A stretch of 32,000 nt of DNA from Archaeoglobus fulgidus DSM 4304. GTDB lineage: Archaea > Halobacteriota > Archaeoglobi > Archaeoglobales > Archaeoglobaceae. Position 1 is the stretch's first letter, and each line of letters starts with the position of its first letter. Under the pieces are notes generated by a model. That model did no database searches. It saw only the letters and a program-made list of their open reading frames with translations, and was not told the DNA's origin. Positions 9,826 to 19,642 of this stretch are shown here, in pieces. The DNA lies in contig NC_000917.1 of the NCBI RefSeq assembly GCF_000008665.1, forward strand, positions 1,560,001 through 1,592,000. The letters run 5' to 3'. The translations under genes were made by a program, and so were the position numbers.

Positions 9826-10536
9826 ATGATTATGTACAGAAGAATTCACAACAACATATACCAGATAAAGCCGGGAAGACTTTCCAGCCATTGCTACCTT
9901 ATCACTGCAGAGCTTAATGCTCTCATAGATTCGGGCACGGCAAGGGACTTTCCAAAGCTGGAAAGAGAGCTTGGAGAGATCGGTCTGAATGCAAAGGATA
10001 TTGACATCGTCATCAACACACATGAGCACTTTGACCACATTGGGGGGAACCTCTTCCTCCAGAAGAACTCCATAATCATGGCCCACAGACATGCGGCTGT
10101 TAAGATAATTTATGGCGATGATGAGGTTATGATGTGCAGAACTCACGGTCAGAGGCCGGTTGGTTATAGAGTTCACGTGTGGTTGAACAATATAGATGCC
10201 GTGGATCTGGGCGGCGTTTTTCTGAGGGTTATGCACACTCCAGGCCACACCTCAGGGTGCATCTGTCTCTACGACCCCAGAAACAGAATTTTATTTTCAG
10301 GAGACACTCTTTTCGCTAACGGAACACTATCTTCGATTTACAATTCCGGAAGCTTGGGTGAGTACTTCAATTCTTTGAGGAAAATTAAAACCATGAAGAT
10401 TGACCTTCTTCTGCCCGGACACGGCAGGATTTCAGGGAATGTCGAGGTGGACATCGAAAGAACCCTTGAAAACACGATTAGAACCTTTCCTGACGCCGAA
10501 TACATTGCCAAAATGCTTGGTTTAACGGAAAATTAA
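9826..10536 (+). CDS. Metallo-beta-lactamase-fold hydrolase
   Basis: It has the HxHxDH motif as INTHEHFDHIGG, followed by TPGHTSG and LLPGHG. The ORF track start at 9823 is TTG. ATGs lie at 9826 and 9832, only 6 nt after the glnK stop. Confidence 0.85.
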   Translation: MIMYRRIHNNIYQIKPGRLSSHCYLITAELNALIDSGTARDFPKLERELGEIGLNAKDIDIVINTHEHFDHIGGNLFLQKNSIIMAHRHAAVKIIYGDDEVMMCRTHGQRPVGYRVHVWLNNIDAVDLGGVFLRVMHTPGHTSGCICLYDPRNRILFSGDTLFANGTLSSIYNSGSLGEYFNSLRKIKTMKIDLLLPGHGRISGNVEVDIERTLENTIRTFPDAEYIAKMLGLTEN

Positions 10537-10570
10537 AAACTTTTTAGAAAAAAACTAAAAAACTGAAGAA

Positions 10571-10597
10571 TTGTGAAAAGTTATGAGTTTTTGTTAA
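10571..10597. promoter_or_regulatory. Direct repeat TTGTGAA-N13-TTGTTAA upstream of the second amt gene, abutting a TATA-like box (atatttttttaaatt, ~10598-10612)
   Basis: Read directly from the sequence: gaaTTGTGAAaagttatgagttttTTGTTAAatattttttt. The 20-bp register is the same as at 7987/8007. Confidence 0.4.
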
Positions 10598-10631
10598 ATA
10601 TTTTTTTAAATTCGGGCTTAATTTCTGAGCT

Positions 10632-12138
<1,507 letters not shown>

Positions 12139-12167
12139 ATTTTATTTTTTATAAAATATATAAAAGC
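12139..12167. terminator. AT-rich, oligo-T bidirectional terminator region between convergent glnK and apgM
   Basis: The run ttttatttttt follows the glnK stop directly. T-runs also occur on the opposite strand after the apgM stop. Archaeal termination commonly uses oligo-T tracts. This is inferred, not demonstrated. Confidence 0.45.
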
Positions 12168-13394
12168 TCAAGCCCCAAACTTCTTCGCAATGTTCAGCAG
12201 ATCAAGGGCGATGTTGAGCAGGTCCATTCCCCTTATCCTGCACAGCCCGCCCTTGTACGCCTCGAACTCGCTGAAACTGCTAACCTCATCCCTTCTAACA
12301 TCCTCGTGAACGATTACAACAGGCACCGGGTCTGCGGTGTGGTCCTTAACCTTGATTGGGGTTGAGTGGTCTGCTGTAAGAATGAGGCAGGTCTTGCTGA
12401 AATCCAAGTCGAGCAGTGGGGCTATCTTTTCGTCAAGCTTCTCTATGAAGGCCTTCTTCCCCTCAAAATCTCCATCATGGCCGAGTTCGTCAGTTGCTTT
12501 TATGTGCAGCAGAACAACGTCGTAGCTTTCGAGGGCGTTTATTGCCGCCTTAACCTTTGCCTCAAGGTTCGTGTTCTTGTTTCCCGTCGCCCCTTCGGGA
12601 GTGATAACATCCGCCCCGACAACTCTGCCGACTCCTTTTATCAGGGCGGTTGCTGCTATAACGCAAAGCCTTAAGCCCGTCTTATCTTTAAAGCTCGGAA
12701 CGTGCGGCATCTCTCCAGCTCCCCTCAAAAGCAGGGCGTTGGCCTTCAGCAGCCCTTTTTCAGCCCTTTCCCTGTTGAGAGGGTGGTTCTCAAGCACCTC
12801 GTGGGCTTTCTGCATGAACTCGTTCACTATTTCAGCCGTTTTTTTGGCTTTTGCATCATCAGCAAGCGGAACGCAGCGCTTCACCTTCTTTCCCACTGCC
12901 TTGGGGTCGGTGTCGCTCACTCTGTCAGACAGCCCCTCCCCCCTGAAAACAACCGCCGCTCTGTGACCTGTCCCCCTCTCAACGAGAAGCTCCACCGGCA
13001 GCTCTATCTCGCGGAGGGCTTTGATTAACTCTGAAGTGTCCTCAATCCTCCCCGCCCTCCTGTCAACAACAGTCTTGTCGAATATGCTGCCCTCACCCTC
13101 TACAGTGGCAAAGTTTGCCCTGAAGGCCACGTCCCCCGGTTTGATTTCAATCCCCACTCCAGCAGCCTCAATCGGGCCCCTCCCGCTGTAGTATTTGTAG
13201 GGGTCGTAGCCGAGCAAAGCAAGATGGCTGGTGTCGCTGCCCGGCCTTATTCCGGGAGCGATGGTGTCCATAATCCCGTTAATCCCCATCTCAGCCAGTC
13301 TGTCGAGGTTTGGCTTTCTCGCAACACTCAGCGGGGTTTTACCGTCGATGGGCCTGTCTGATAGGCCGTCAACAACAATCAGCAGTACAGGCAC
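12168..13394 (-). CDS. apgM: 2,3-bisphosphoglycerate-independent phosphoglycerate mutase, archaeal type
   Basis: The N-terminus is MPVLLIVVDGLSDRP. HIKATDELGHDGD and ILTADHSTP are metalloenzyme (alkaline-phosphatase superfamily) motifs typical of ApgM. Confidence 0.88.
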   Translation of the reverse strand: MPVLLIVVDGLSDRPIDGKTPLSVARKPNLDRLAEMGINGIMDTIAPGIRPGSDTSHLALLGYDPYKYYSGRGPIEAAGVGIEIKPGDVAFRANFATVEGEGSIFDKTVVDRRAGRIEDTSELIKALREIELPVELLVERGTGHRAAVVFRGEGLSDRVSDTDPKAVGKKVKRCVPLADDAKAKKTAEIVNEFMQKAHEVLENHPLNRERAEKGLLKANALLLRGAGEMPHVPSFKDKTGLRLCVIAATALIKGVGRVVGADVITPEGATGNKNTNLEAKVKAAINALESYDVVLLHIKATDELGHDGDFEGKKAFIEKLDEKIAPLLDLDFSKTCLILTADHSTPIKVKDHTADPVPVVIVHEDVRRDEVSSFSEFEAYKGGLCRIRGMDLLNIALDLLNIAKKFGA

Positions 13395-13403
13395 TCTATC
13401 ACC

Positions 13404-14864
13404 TCAGCCTTTCAAGTATGCATCCCTAATCTGGACATATTTGCTATAAATCTCCTCGTATTTTCCCATCCCATCCTCGGACGGCATAACCTCTGTGAAA
13501 TCGGGTAGGAAGGTTGTAAGAGCGTCGTCAATACCATTGAAGCTGTCAGATCCGGAAGCTGCAAGAATTGCCGCCCCCCTCGCAGTCGCTTCCACATCAG
13601 ATGAAACGAGGCATTTTCTGCCGGTAACGTCAGCAAAAATCTGGTTCCAAAGCCTGCTGTTCGCTGCTCCGCCATCAAGGCGAAGCTCCTCAATGCTGAT
13701 TCCCTTATTCTCCATCACCTCAATGTTGCTTCTCACCTCGAAAGCTACTGCCTCCATCACAGCCCTCGCAATGTCTCCTCTGTTGTGGGCAAGAGTTAAG
13801 CCGAATATAACCCCCTTCGCCTCCGGATTCCAGTGGGGACAGCCAGCTCCGGAAAAGAAGGGCAGGATGAACACACCTCTCGCCCCCACTCCTGACTTCT
13901 CAGCCTCCTCGTTAATCACATCATAGCCCTCACCGTGATAGAAGGCTTTCTTAACCCACGATAGCAGGCTGCCCGTGGTGAAGATGCTCACCTCGCCCAC
14001 ATTGATGCCGGGCAGAACGTGGGCGGAGTATATGATGTCTCCGTGGCCTCTGACTTTCTCCACAGGTGCAACCATGAAGGTCCCCGTTCCCGTCGTGGAC
14101 TTCACGCTCCCCTCCTCAACAACACCCTGAGCGAGGGCGGAGCACTGCTGGTCTCCCCCACCTGCAACCACTACCGGATTCGAACTTATGCCAAGCTTCT
14201 CCGCCACGTTCCCCCTGATCTCCCCCACAACCTCTCCCGAATTGACGAGATCAGGCATCAGAGACAGGTCAAGGTTGAATTCGGCAGCGATTTCATCGCA
14301 CCACTTCCTCGAATTCAGGTCGAGGAGCATCGTCCTTGAGGCGTTTGAGTAGTCCGTCACAACCTCTCCGGTTAGCCTGTAAACGATGTAGTCGTGGACG
14401 AGCATCAGCTTCCAGCTTTTCTCTATGACTTCAGGCCTGTTCCTCATCCACCAGAGAATTTTCGGCAGGGAGAAGTAGGGGTCCGGCTTTAGTCCGGTAA
14501 TTTTTGCAACCCTTTCCTCCCCGATTCTCTCCTTTATCAGCTCAACCTCCTCCCTGCACCTCCTGTCCTGCCAGACTATCGCTCTGCTTACAGGCTCACC
14601 GTCTCTGCCAACGGGGACGATTGTTTCCCTCTGATTTGCAACAGCTATAGCTGCTATGCTGTCAGAGGCTTTGGCAATCTTCACCGCCTGCCTGCAGGCA
14701 TCGATGATGCTGTTCCACCAGTGCTCGGCATCCTGCTCGACCCATCCCGGCTGGGGGTAGTAGGTTTCAAACTCGGAGTAGCTCTTTGCAACCAGATTTC
14801 CATCGGCATCGTAAACTCCCACAGTCACTCCTGTCGTTCCCGCATCGATGCCGAGAAAATGCAC
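13404..14864 (-). CDS. FGGY-family carbohydrate kinase (xylulokinase / glycerol-kinase-like)
   Basis: FLGIDAGTTGVTVGVYD and PGWVEQDAEHWW near the N-terminus, and GGAANSRLWNQIFADVTG near the C-terminus, are FGGY motifs. The ORF track start at 14885 is a GTG upstream of the Shine-Dalgarno sequence. I prefer GTG 14864, preceded by GGAGGTGA, which overlaps the upstream stop as TAGTG. Confidence 0.85.
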   Translation of the reverse strand: MHFLGIDAGTTGVTVGVYDADGNLVAKSYSEFETYYPQPGWVEQDAEHWWNSIIDACRQAVKIAKASDSIAAIAVANQRETIVPVGRDGEPVSRAIVWQDRRCREEVELIKERIGEERVAKITGLKPDPYFSLPKILWWMRNRPEVIEKSWKLMLVHDYIVYRLTGEVVTDYSNASRTMLLDLNSRKWCDEIAAEFNLDLSLMPDLVNSGEVVGEIRGNVAEKLGISSNPVVVAGGGDQQCSALAQGVVEEGSVKSTTGTGTFMVAPVEKVRGHGDIIYSAHVLPGINVGEVSIFTTGSLLSWVKKAFYHGEGYDVINEEAEKSGVGARGVFILPFFSGAGCPHWNPEAKGVIFGLTLAHNRGDIARAVMEAVAFEVRSNIEVMENKGISIEELRLDGGAANSRLWNQIFADVTGRKCLVSSDVEATARGAAILAASGSDSFNGIDDALTTFLPDFTEVMPSEDGMGKYEEIYSKYVQIRDAYLKG

Positions 14865-15664
14865 TAAATCACCTCCTCTATCCACTTCAGCATGTCAGCA
14901 AGCACCCTCTCCTTCTCGGGCTCGTTGTGGGGCTCGTGATAAAAGCCTTCGTAGCTGACAAACTTGCAAAGCTCCCCAGCCCTTTTTGCAAACTCCTGAC
15001 TTGCTCTGTAGGAGGTTATTTGGTCAGCAGTTCCGTGTATCAGAAGAATGGGCTTTCTCAGCCTGTCTGCATTCTCCAGCGCCCATTTTCCCGCTTCAAG
15101 AGATTGCAGAATGAATCGAGGGGAGATTTTGTCGTGGACGAGGGGGTCAGAAACATAGGCCTCAACAACTTCCCTATCTCTGCTGATTAAGTTTGGGTCG
15201 ATGCCATTTGAAAGCTGAATTGAAGGAGCAACAACGTTGAGGAGCTTCAGAATGAAAAACAGGTGTTTTGGTAGCTCCTTTGGCAGAGCAAGGAAGGGAG
15301 CGGAAATTATACCTCCCGCAATGTCGGGGTCGTATCTCAGGATGTAGTTCAGAGCGAGATTCCCGCCCATGCTGTGGCCGTAGAGTATCTTCGGGCAGTC
15401 GTAATCCAAACTTTGGAGGAAAAGGGTGATGTCATCCATTAACTGCTGATATTCAGCATGCCCCCTCTTCCCCTCCGACCTTCCATGCCCCCTCAAATCA
15501 AAAGCTGCAAAGGAGATGCCATTCTCATTGAAAAACCTTGCAACGTGCTCGTATCTTCCAGAGTGCTCCCCCAGACCATGAACAAGACAGATTACAGCTC
15601 TTGGAGACTCAACATCCCACCTTCGAGTGTAGAGAGTGAGCCCGTCTTTCGTTCTTAGAGTCAT
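14864..15664 (-). CDS. Alpha/beta hydrolase, lysophospholipase / monoacylglycerol-lipase-like
   Basis: It has the HGLGEHSGRY oxyanion region and the nucleophile elbow GHSMGG, with a distal D and H (HGTADQ..., FYHEPHNE). The TATA-like sequence aaaattttaatc lies about 24 nt upstream of the ATG. Confidence 0.8.
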   Translation of the reverse strand: MTLRTKDGLTLYTRRWDVESPRAVICLVHGLGEHSGRYEHVARFFNENGISFAAFDLRGHGRSEGKRGHAEYQQLMDDITLFLQSLDYDCPKILYGHSMGGNLALNYILRYDPDIAGGIISAPFLALPKELPKHLFFILKLLNVVAPSIQLSNGIDPNLISRDREVVEAYVSDPLVHDKISPRFILQSLEAGKWALENADRLRKPILLIHGTADQITSYRASQEFAKRAGELCKFVSYEGFYHEPHNEPEKERVLADMLKWIEEVI

Positions 15665-15703
15665 GTCTGGTCTTGGCAGAAAAAAGATTAAAATTTTTCG
15701 CAG

Positions 15704-16006
15704 TCACACAGCAAGCCTCAGAAGGTAGTAAGAAAGCACTGCTGCAAAGATTGACAGACCGAAGTTTCTCCAGCGGTAGAAGCTCAATATGAGGGGAAAT
15801 AGGGCTGCAACCCTCACGCCAAACTCTGCCGCATCAGGTGTAAACACGGAGGTTACAAAAAGGGCGGAGATTACCGATGTGGACGAGAGGGACAGAAAGC
15901 TCTTAATTTTGTCGGATGTGGCGAATTTAATCTTCAGCGGGAGGAATCTGGCTAAGTAGGTTCCCAGAGCGACGGCAATGATGGCCAAGACTTTCTCACT
16001 CACCAT
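15704..16006 (-). CDS. azlD: Branched-chain amino acid transport protein AzlD
   Basis: It is a 100-aa hydrophobic protein that overlaps the end of azlC by 11 nt, the typical AzlCD arrangement. Confidence 0.7.
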   Translation of the reverse strand: MVSEKVLAIIAVALGTYLARFLPLKIKFATSDKIKSFLSLSSTSVISALFVTSVFTPDAAEFGVRVAALFPLILSFYRWRNFGLSIFAAVLSYYLLRLAV

Positions 16007-16655
16007 CCCACCCCGAAAGCAGCGGTCCTGCTAAGGCGGCTGCAATTATTCCAACAGAAGTGAGGTTAAGCAGGTGGAAAGCCAAGGCAACAGCTCCACC
16101 GCTAACAGCCGCTCTGACATGCCTGCCCTTCAGGTTCGGGAGCAGGAGAACCAGAAACAGGGCTGAGATTGAGAAGACCAATGCAGAATAAACGTCCCTG
16201 TCGAGAATCAAGGTGCTTCCCGCAAGAACTCCCAGTGCAGTCCCCCCAACCCATGCCGAGTAGGAGCCGAGCTCAAGGCCGAGCAGAAATCTCTCATTTT
16301 CAGCGGAGTTCACCGAGACTGCAAAAACCTCGTCAGTCAGGCCGAAGGCTGAAATGTGTGGAAAGCGCAGTTTCAGCTTCTGGGCTATTATCGAGCTGTA
16401 AATTATGTGCCTGAGGTTGAGGAAGATGGGGATGAAAATCGCACTTAGCAAGGACTGGCTGTAGAGGGTGATGAGGGCAAACTGACTCGCTCCCGCGAAT
16501 ATCAGCAGAGATGCAAGCATTGCCTCCACTTCTGAAAAGCCGAGAGTTCTGGCTAAAACGCCAAAGGTGAAAGCCACAGGAATGTAAGCCATTACGATGG
16601 GAAAGCTGTAAACCAGTCCCTTTCTGAACATAGCAGATTTGCTGAGGGAATGCAT
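15996..16655 (-). CDS. azlC: Branched-chain amino acid transport protein AzlC
   Basis: It is a 219-aa polytopic membrane protein. FAGASQF, a conserved AzlC block, occurs within LLIFAGASQFALITL. Confidence 0.75.
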   Translation of the reverse strand: MHSLSKSAMFRKGLVYSFPIVMAYIPVAFTFGVLARTLGFSEVEAMLASLLIFAGASQFALITLYSQSLLSAIFIPIFLNLRHIIYSSIIAQKLKLRFPHISAFGLTDEVFAVSVNSAENERFLLGLELGSYSAWVGGTALGVLAGSTLILDRDVYSALVFSISALFLVLLLPNLKGRHVRAAVSGGAVALAFHLLNLTSVGIIAAALAGPLLSGWDGE

Positions 16656-16770
16656 AAAGCCTTATTGAGTTTGAGAGGTAAACACCGAAGATGAGCTGGA
16701 TAGAATTTCAAAGGAAATCAGACGCAATTTCAGGTGGAATTCTGAAGCTCATTCTGACAGAAAAATGAAA

Positions 16771-17112
16771 TCACTTGTACTCGTGAGTGCCGAGCTTTAC
16801 TGGAATTTGGAAGGCATTCTCTACTATCTTCGCCCACTCCTCGGCGCTTCTGTAGGGGCAGCCCGGATCTCTCAGCATGCAGGAGCTGAAGTAAATCGCA
16901 TCCGGCTTTACCTCAGACAGCTTCATTGTCATGCCGATGTTCGGCACCAACGTGTTTCCGGGGCATTCGCACCTCACAAAGCCAATCACTCTAACCGGCT
17001 CGTCAAACTTCCCCTCTCCGAGCGCAGCAGCCTTCAGACAGCGCCACTCACCGGGGCAGCCGTAGGTCGTGTCCATGTAGCTCCCGCAACCAACAATAAA
17101 AATGTCCTTCAT
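16771..17112 (-). CDS. CGGC-domain protein (putative metal-binding)
   Basis: The sequence MKDIFIVGCGSYMDTTYGCPGEWRCLKAA...VRCECPGNTL...SSCMLRDPGCPY shows the Cys pattern of the CGGC domain family. The TATA-like sequence gaaaaatttttag lies about 24 nt upstream. Confidence 0.75.
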   Translation of the reverse strand: MKDIFIVGCGSYMDTTYGCPGEWRCLKAAALGEGKFDEPVRVIGFVRCECPGNTLVPNIGMTMKLSEVKPDAIYFSSCMLRDPGCPYRSAEEWAKIVENAFQIPVKLGTHEYK

Positions 17113-17238
17113 GCTACTATGTCATCACTTGAACTAAAAATTTTTCGAAACAGACCATTTAATACTCTTGCCAAAGATTAATTGTATTTACTTTGAGACA
17201 TATAATTCTTAAAATGTTTTTAAAGTTGATCGCAGTTA

Positions 17239-17613
17239 TTATCCTTTTTCGATATACCATTTCATCCATTTTTTTATGGCTACAGAAGCAGCAAAATTGA
17301 CTATGAAACCATAAACGCCAAATAGGGCTAATGGTAAATATTCCACAGAAAAAACGTCAAATCCCTGCTGAAAGTCCCTTATGGATGGGTAGATATAGGT
17401 GAATGATAGGATAAGTACTCCAGTGACTATATGATGCAAATACATAATTTCAAAAATTTTATCCCATTCTCTGCTGACAGCCATCTTTATTATAAGAAGC
17501 TCCGGTTCCGTAGAAGGTTTTTGGAATAGGTGGGTTGAGCTGGTAGCCATCACAATTGCTGCACTCAAAATCAAGCCGAAAAATACAAGGCTAAACCTCA
17601 TTCTATCACTCAT
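17239..17613 (-). CDS. Small hypothetical membrane protein (124 aa, ~3-4 TM segments)
   Basis: The ORF has hydrophobic segments ([53 protein letters not shown]). A Shine-Dalgarno sequence GGTGAGGTGGT precedes the ATG, and the gene starts 9 nt after the upstream gene's stop. The local composition is AT-rich. Confidence 0.6.
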
Positions 17614-17622
17614 TCTACCACC

Positions 17623-18276
17623 TCACCAGTCGGAGGTGGCTAAGCAAAGAGAAGAGTCCCCTATGATTTTATTTTTAACCACATCTGAGTTTGAACCAAA
17701 CTCGCTCAACACTTGTTGTTCTGCGTGATCCCTGGCTTCAGAAATAGTTACGTCTAAGTGTCTTCCTTTATCGAAAAACGCTGAATAAAATCTGGCATTG
17801 TTGACAGTATAGACGCTGTCAGTATATCCGAAGTACGCATCGAATCCCTTGTTAAGGAAGGTATTACCCAGATCATCGTAGGTTGCGGAATCGCATGCTC
17901 CGGCAAAGATAAAGTATCCGTCGTAATTTAGCCATCTGTTCACTTCGTTATCGTACAACTTGCTACCATCCTTAAACTGGAGAAAACTCGATCCCCAAAT
18001 CCACCAGCCATCTGCACCGCCGTGACTGTGTATCAGGACTATCTTCGTGTGGGTGGGGTTCATAGAATTTAGGTGGTCTATAAAATCATGATCCGAGTTT
18101 GAGTACTGGTAGTCCAAGACTCCATCCACCCAGAATATGCTGGAAATGTAGTTGTGCGCTTCATCAAGCCTTTCATTTATGTAAGCTAAAACCTCGTTGT
18201 TCATCGGTTCTTGCTGCGTTCTCGTTCTATCTACCAAGCCATCGTATGCAGCAGCGGTGGCAGAAATTACAGCCAA
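17623..18276 (-). CDS. Caspase-fold (clan CD, gingipain/C25-like) cysteine-peptidase-like protein; the 5' end is uncertain or frameshifted
   Basis: A hydrophobic strand followed by His-Gly (KIVLIHSHGG, His codon 18024..18022) lies 43 residues before a hydrophobic strand followed by Ala-Cys (YFIFAGACDS, Cys codon 17895..17893). That order and spacing match the clan-CD catalytic dyad. The downstream GFDAYFGYTD...ISEARDHA resembles the gingipain-type tail. The only in-frame start is TTG 18276. Confidence 0.5.
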   Translation of the reverse strand: MAVISATAAAYDGLVDRTRTQQEPMNNEVLAYINERLDEAHNYISSIFWVDGVLDYQYSNSDHDFIDHLNSMNPTHTKIVLIHSHGGADGWWIWGSSFLQFKDGSKLYDNEVNRWLNYDGYFIFAGACDSATYDDLGNTFLNKGFDAYFGYTDSVYTVNNARFYSAFFDKGRHLDVTISEARDHAEQQVLSEFGSNSDVVKNKIIGDSSLCLATSDW

Positions 18277-18429
18277 TACTAAGCCACACTTACCCTGTGT
18301 TTCACGAACTCACCCCCGACTTTTTGAGTGCATTCGGTTTAATTTGTATAATAAACCAACGAAAACGTTCGAAAATCTTTGAACGAATTCGTAAGGCTTA
18401 TAAATTTTTGGACTCTTGCGCTATTGCGC

Positions 18430-18751
18430 TTATTTTACTGCTGACAGACTGACGGGCAATCTAACATGAGCATTGGTTCCAGAAAAGCAAAAGCAATATA
18501 AGATCCGATGGCGGGGTGCCCCAAACCGTATAGATGAGTCGAGCCAGACCGCCGAAATCAGCCCCAAGTAGCCCAGATCAGAATATGTGAGGGCGATGCC
18601 GTATTCGGGATTTAGCACAGCATAGTAGTCCCACTCCTTAATTCTGTATCAGGGCTGATTTTTGCTCTGGAGTACCTTAAAAGCTCTCTGCGTGCCTGAG
18701 CGAGATTTTATCATCCAGCAGCTCGGAAGGCTCAACAATCTCCCGCTGCAC
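18430..18751 (-). pseudogene. Possible decayed gene remnant in two frames between dacZ and the AT-rich cassette
   Basis: Two coding-looking stubs lie on the minus strand. The first is GTG 18751..18677 (VQREIVEPSELLDDKISLRHAESF*). The second is 18648..18430 (YRIKEWDYYAVLNPEYGIALTYSDLGYLGLISAVWLDSS...). They are in different frames and separated by stops. The KEWDYY...DLGY pattern reminds me of the DUF2804 family, but this recollection is unverified. Confidence 0.25.
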
Positions 18752-18753
18752 GG

Positions 18754-19590
18754 TCAGAAGAGCAGAGATGGAATGTGCATAACCTCAACACCGTCCTTGT
18801 AAACCGTGATGTCTCCACCGCTCTCAGAAACGACAACAGCGATCGCCTTTGTCTCCTTCGTTATTGAGGCGCATGCAATATGCCTCCCCCCGAGTCCGCG
18901 CTTAATCTTGGATACCAAATCCTTTGCTGAAGCTTCGATATACCTTCCGCATGCGATGATGATGCCGTTTTCGTCAAGCACGAAAACACCGTCAATCTGG
19001 GCGAACTCCATGACGCTCTCCCAGTTCTCGGGATTTTTTATATCCCTGTCCGCCTCCTTGTGTCCGTGATAGGGGTTTATCACAAGCTGGCTCGACCTGC
19101 TCATAACCTCCTCCACATCCCCCATAACGAAGGCCGTCCCTATCTTTCTCCCCTCCCTCCCCTTCTGAGCAATGTTCAGGGCAACGGTGAGAACGGCTCT
19201 AAACGCCTCGGGATGAACTCTTTCTACACACTCTTCAACCGCCTTAAGAAATGAGCTCTTTTCTGGTTCAAAGATGGTTAAACCCTTCAGGGTGTCGGTG
19301 TCGAAAACCACAACTGCTCTTCCAAACTCAAAACCCTTCAAATACATTTGAGCGGAAATGTACTCCCTCGCTCTGTAAATCTGGGCAAATTTTTCCGCTA
19401 TGATCTTCTCTTCACTCTCCTCGAAGTAGTATATCATGCTGTCCAGAATTGTCGCAAACTTTTTGGGTGCTTGAATGATTTCAAAACCTTCTAACTCTTC
19501 CTCAAACTCCTCCTTGGAGATTAAGGCTATCCTTTCTATCCCGTATTCTTCGGCGATTTTCAAAGCAGAGTTAACGAGCACTGAAAGCAT
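18754..19590 (-). CDS. dacZ: Diadenylate cyclase, archaeal DacZ type (N-terminal pyruvate-kinase-C-like domain plus C-terminal DAC/DisA_N domain)
   Basis: The DAC-domain blocks are DGVFVLDENGIIIACGRYI and GGRHIACASITKETKAIAVVVSESGGDITVY, matching the canonical DGA...RHR..A...SE..G pattern. The ORF track extends to 19779 across the divergent promoter. I place the start at ATG 19590 (MLSVLVNSALKIAEEYGIERIALI). Confidence 0.8.
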   Translation of the reverse strand: MLSVLVNSALKIAEEYGIERIALISKEEFEEELEGFEIIQAPKKFATILDSMIYYFEESEEKIIAEKFAQIYRAREYISAQMYLKGFEFGRAVVVFDTDTLKGLTIFEPEKSSFLKAVEECVERVHPEAFRAVLTVALNIAQKGREGRKIGTAFVMGDVEEVMSRSSQLVINPYHGHKEADRDIKNPENWESVMEFAQIDGVFVLDENGIIIACGRYIEASAKDLVSKIKRGLGGRHIACASITKETKAIAVVVSESGGDITVYKDGVEVMHIPSLLF

Positions 19591-19642
19591 CCAATCATTA
19601 AATGAATGAAAAAATTTTAAACTTAACGCTTCTAAAATAACC
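19591..19642. promoter_or_regulatory. 52-bp divergent promoter region with a near-palindromic TATA-like core (aaaaaattttaaac) shared by dacZ and the USP gene
   Basis: The sequence is ccaatcattaaatgaatgaaaaaattttaaacttaacgcttctaaaataacc. The AT core lies about 20-25 nt from each ATG (19590 on minus, 19643 on plus). This is consistent with two leaderless transcripts from overlapping TATA elements. Confidence 0.5.

Noticed and set aside
14160-14200. A GTTCGAATCCGG string on the minus strand, resembling a tRNA T-arm/T-loop
   Set aside because: The flanking bases do not form a T-stem. There is no acceptor stem or anticodon arm. The string lies inside the well-supported FGGY kinase CDS.
16687-16756. 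A possible box C/D sRNA: AGATGA about 55-65 nt upstream of two CTGA boxes, in the azlC/CGGC spacer
   Set aside because: The C box is imperfect (AAGAUGA versus RUGAUGA). There are no internal C'/D' boxes and no terminal stem. The evidence is insufficient.
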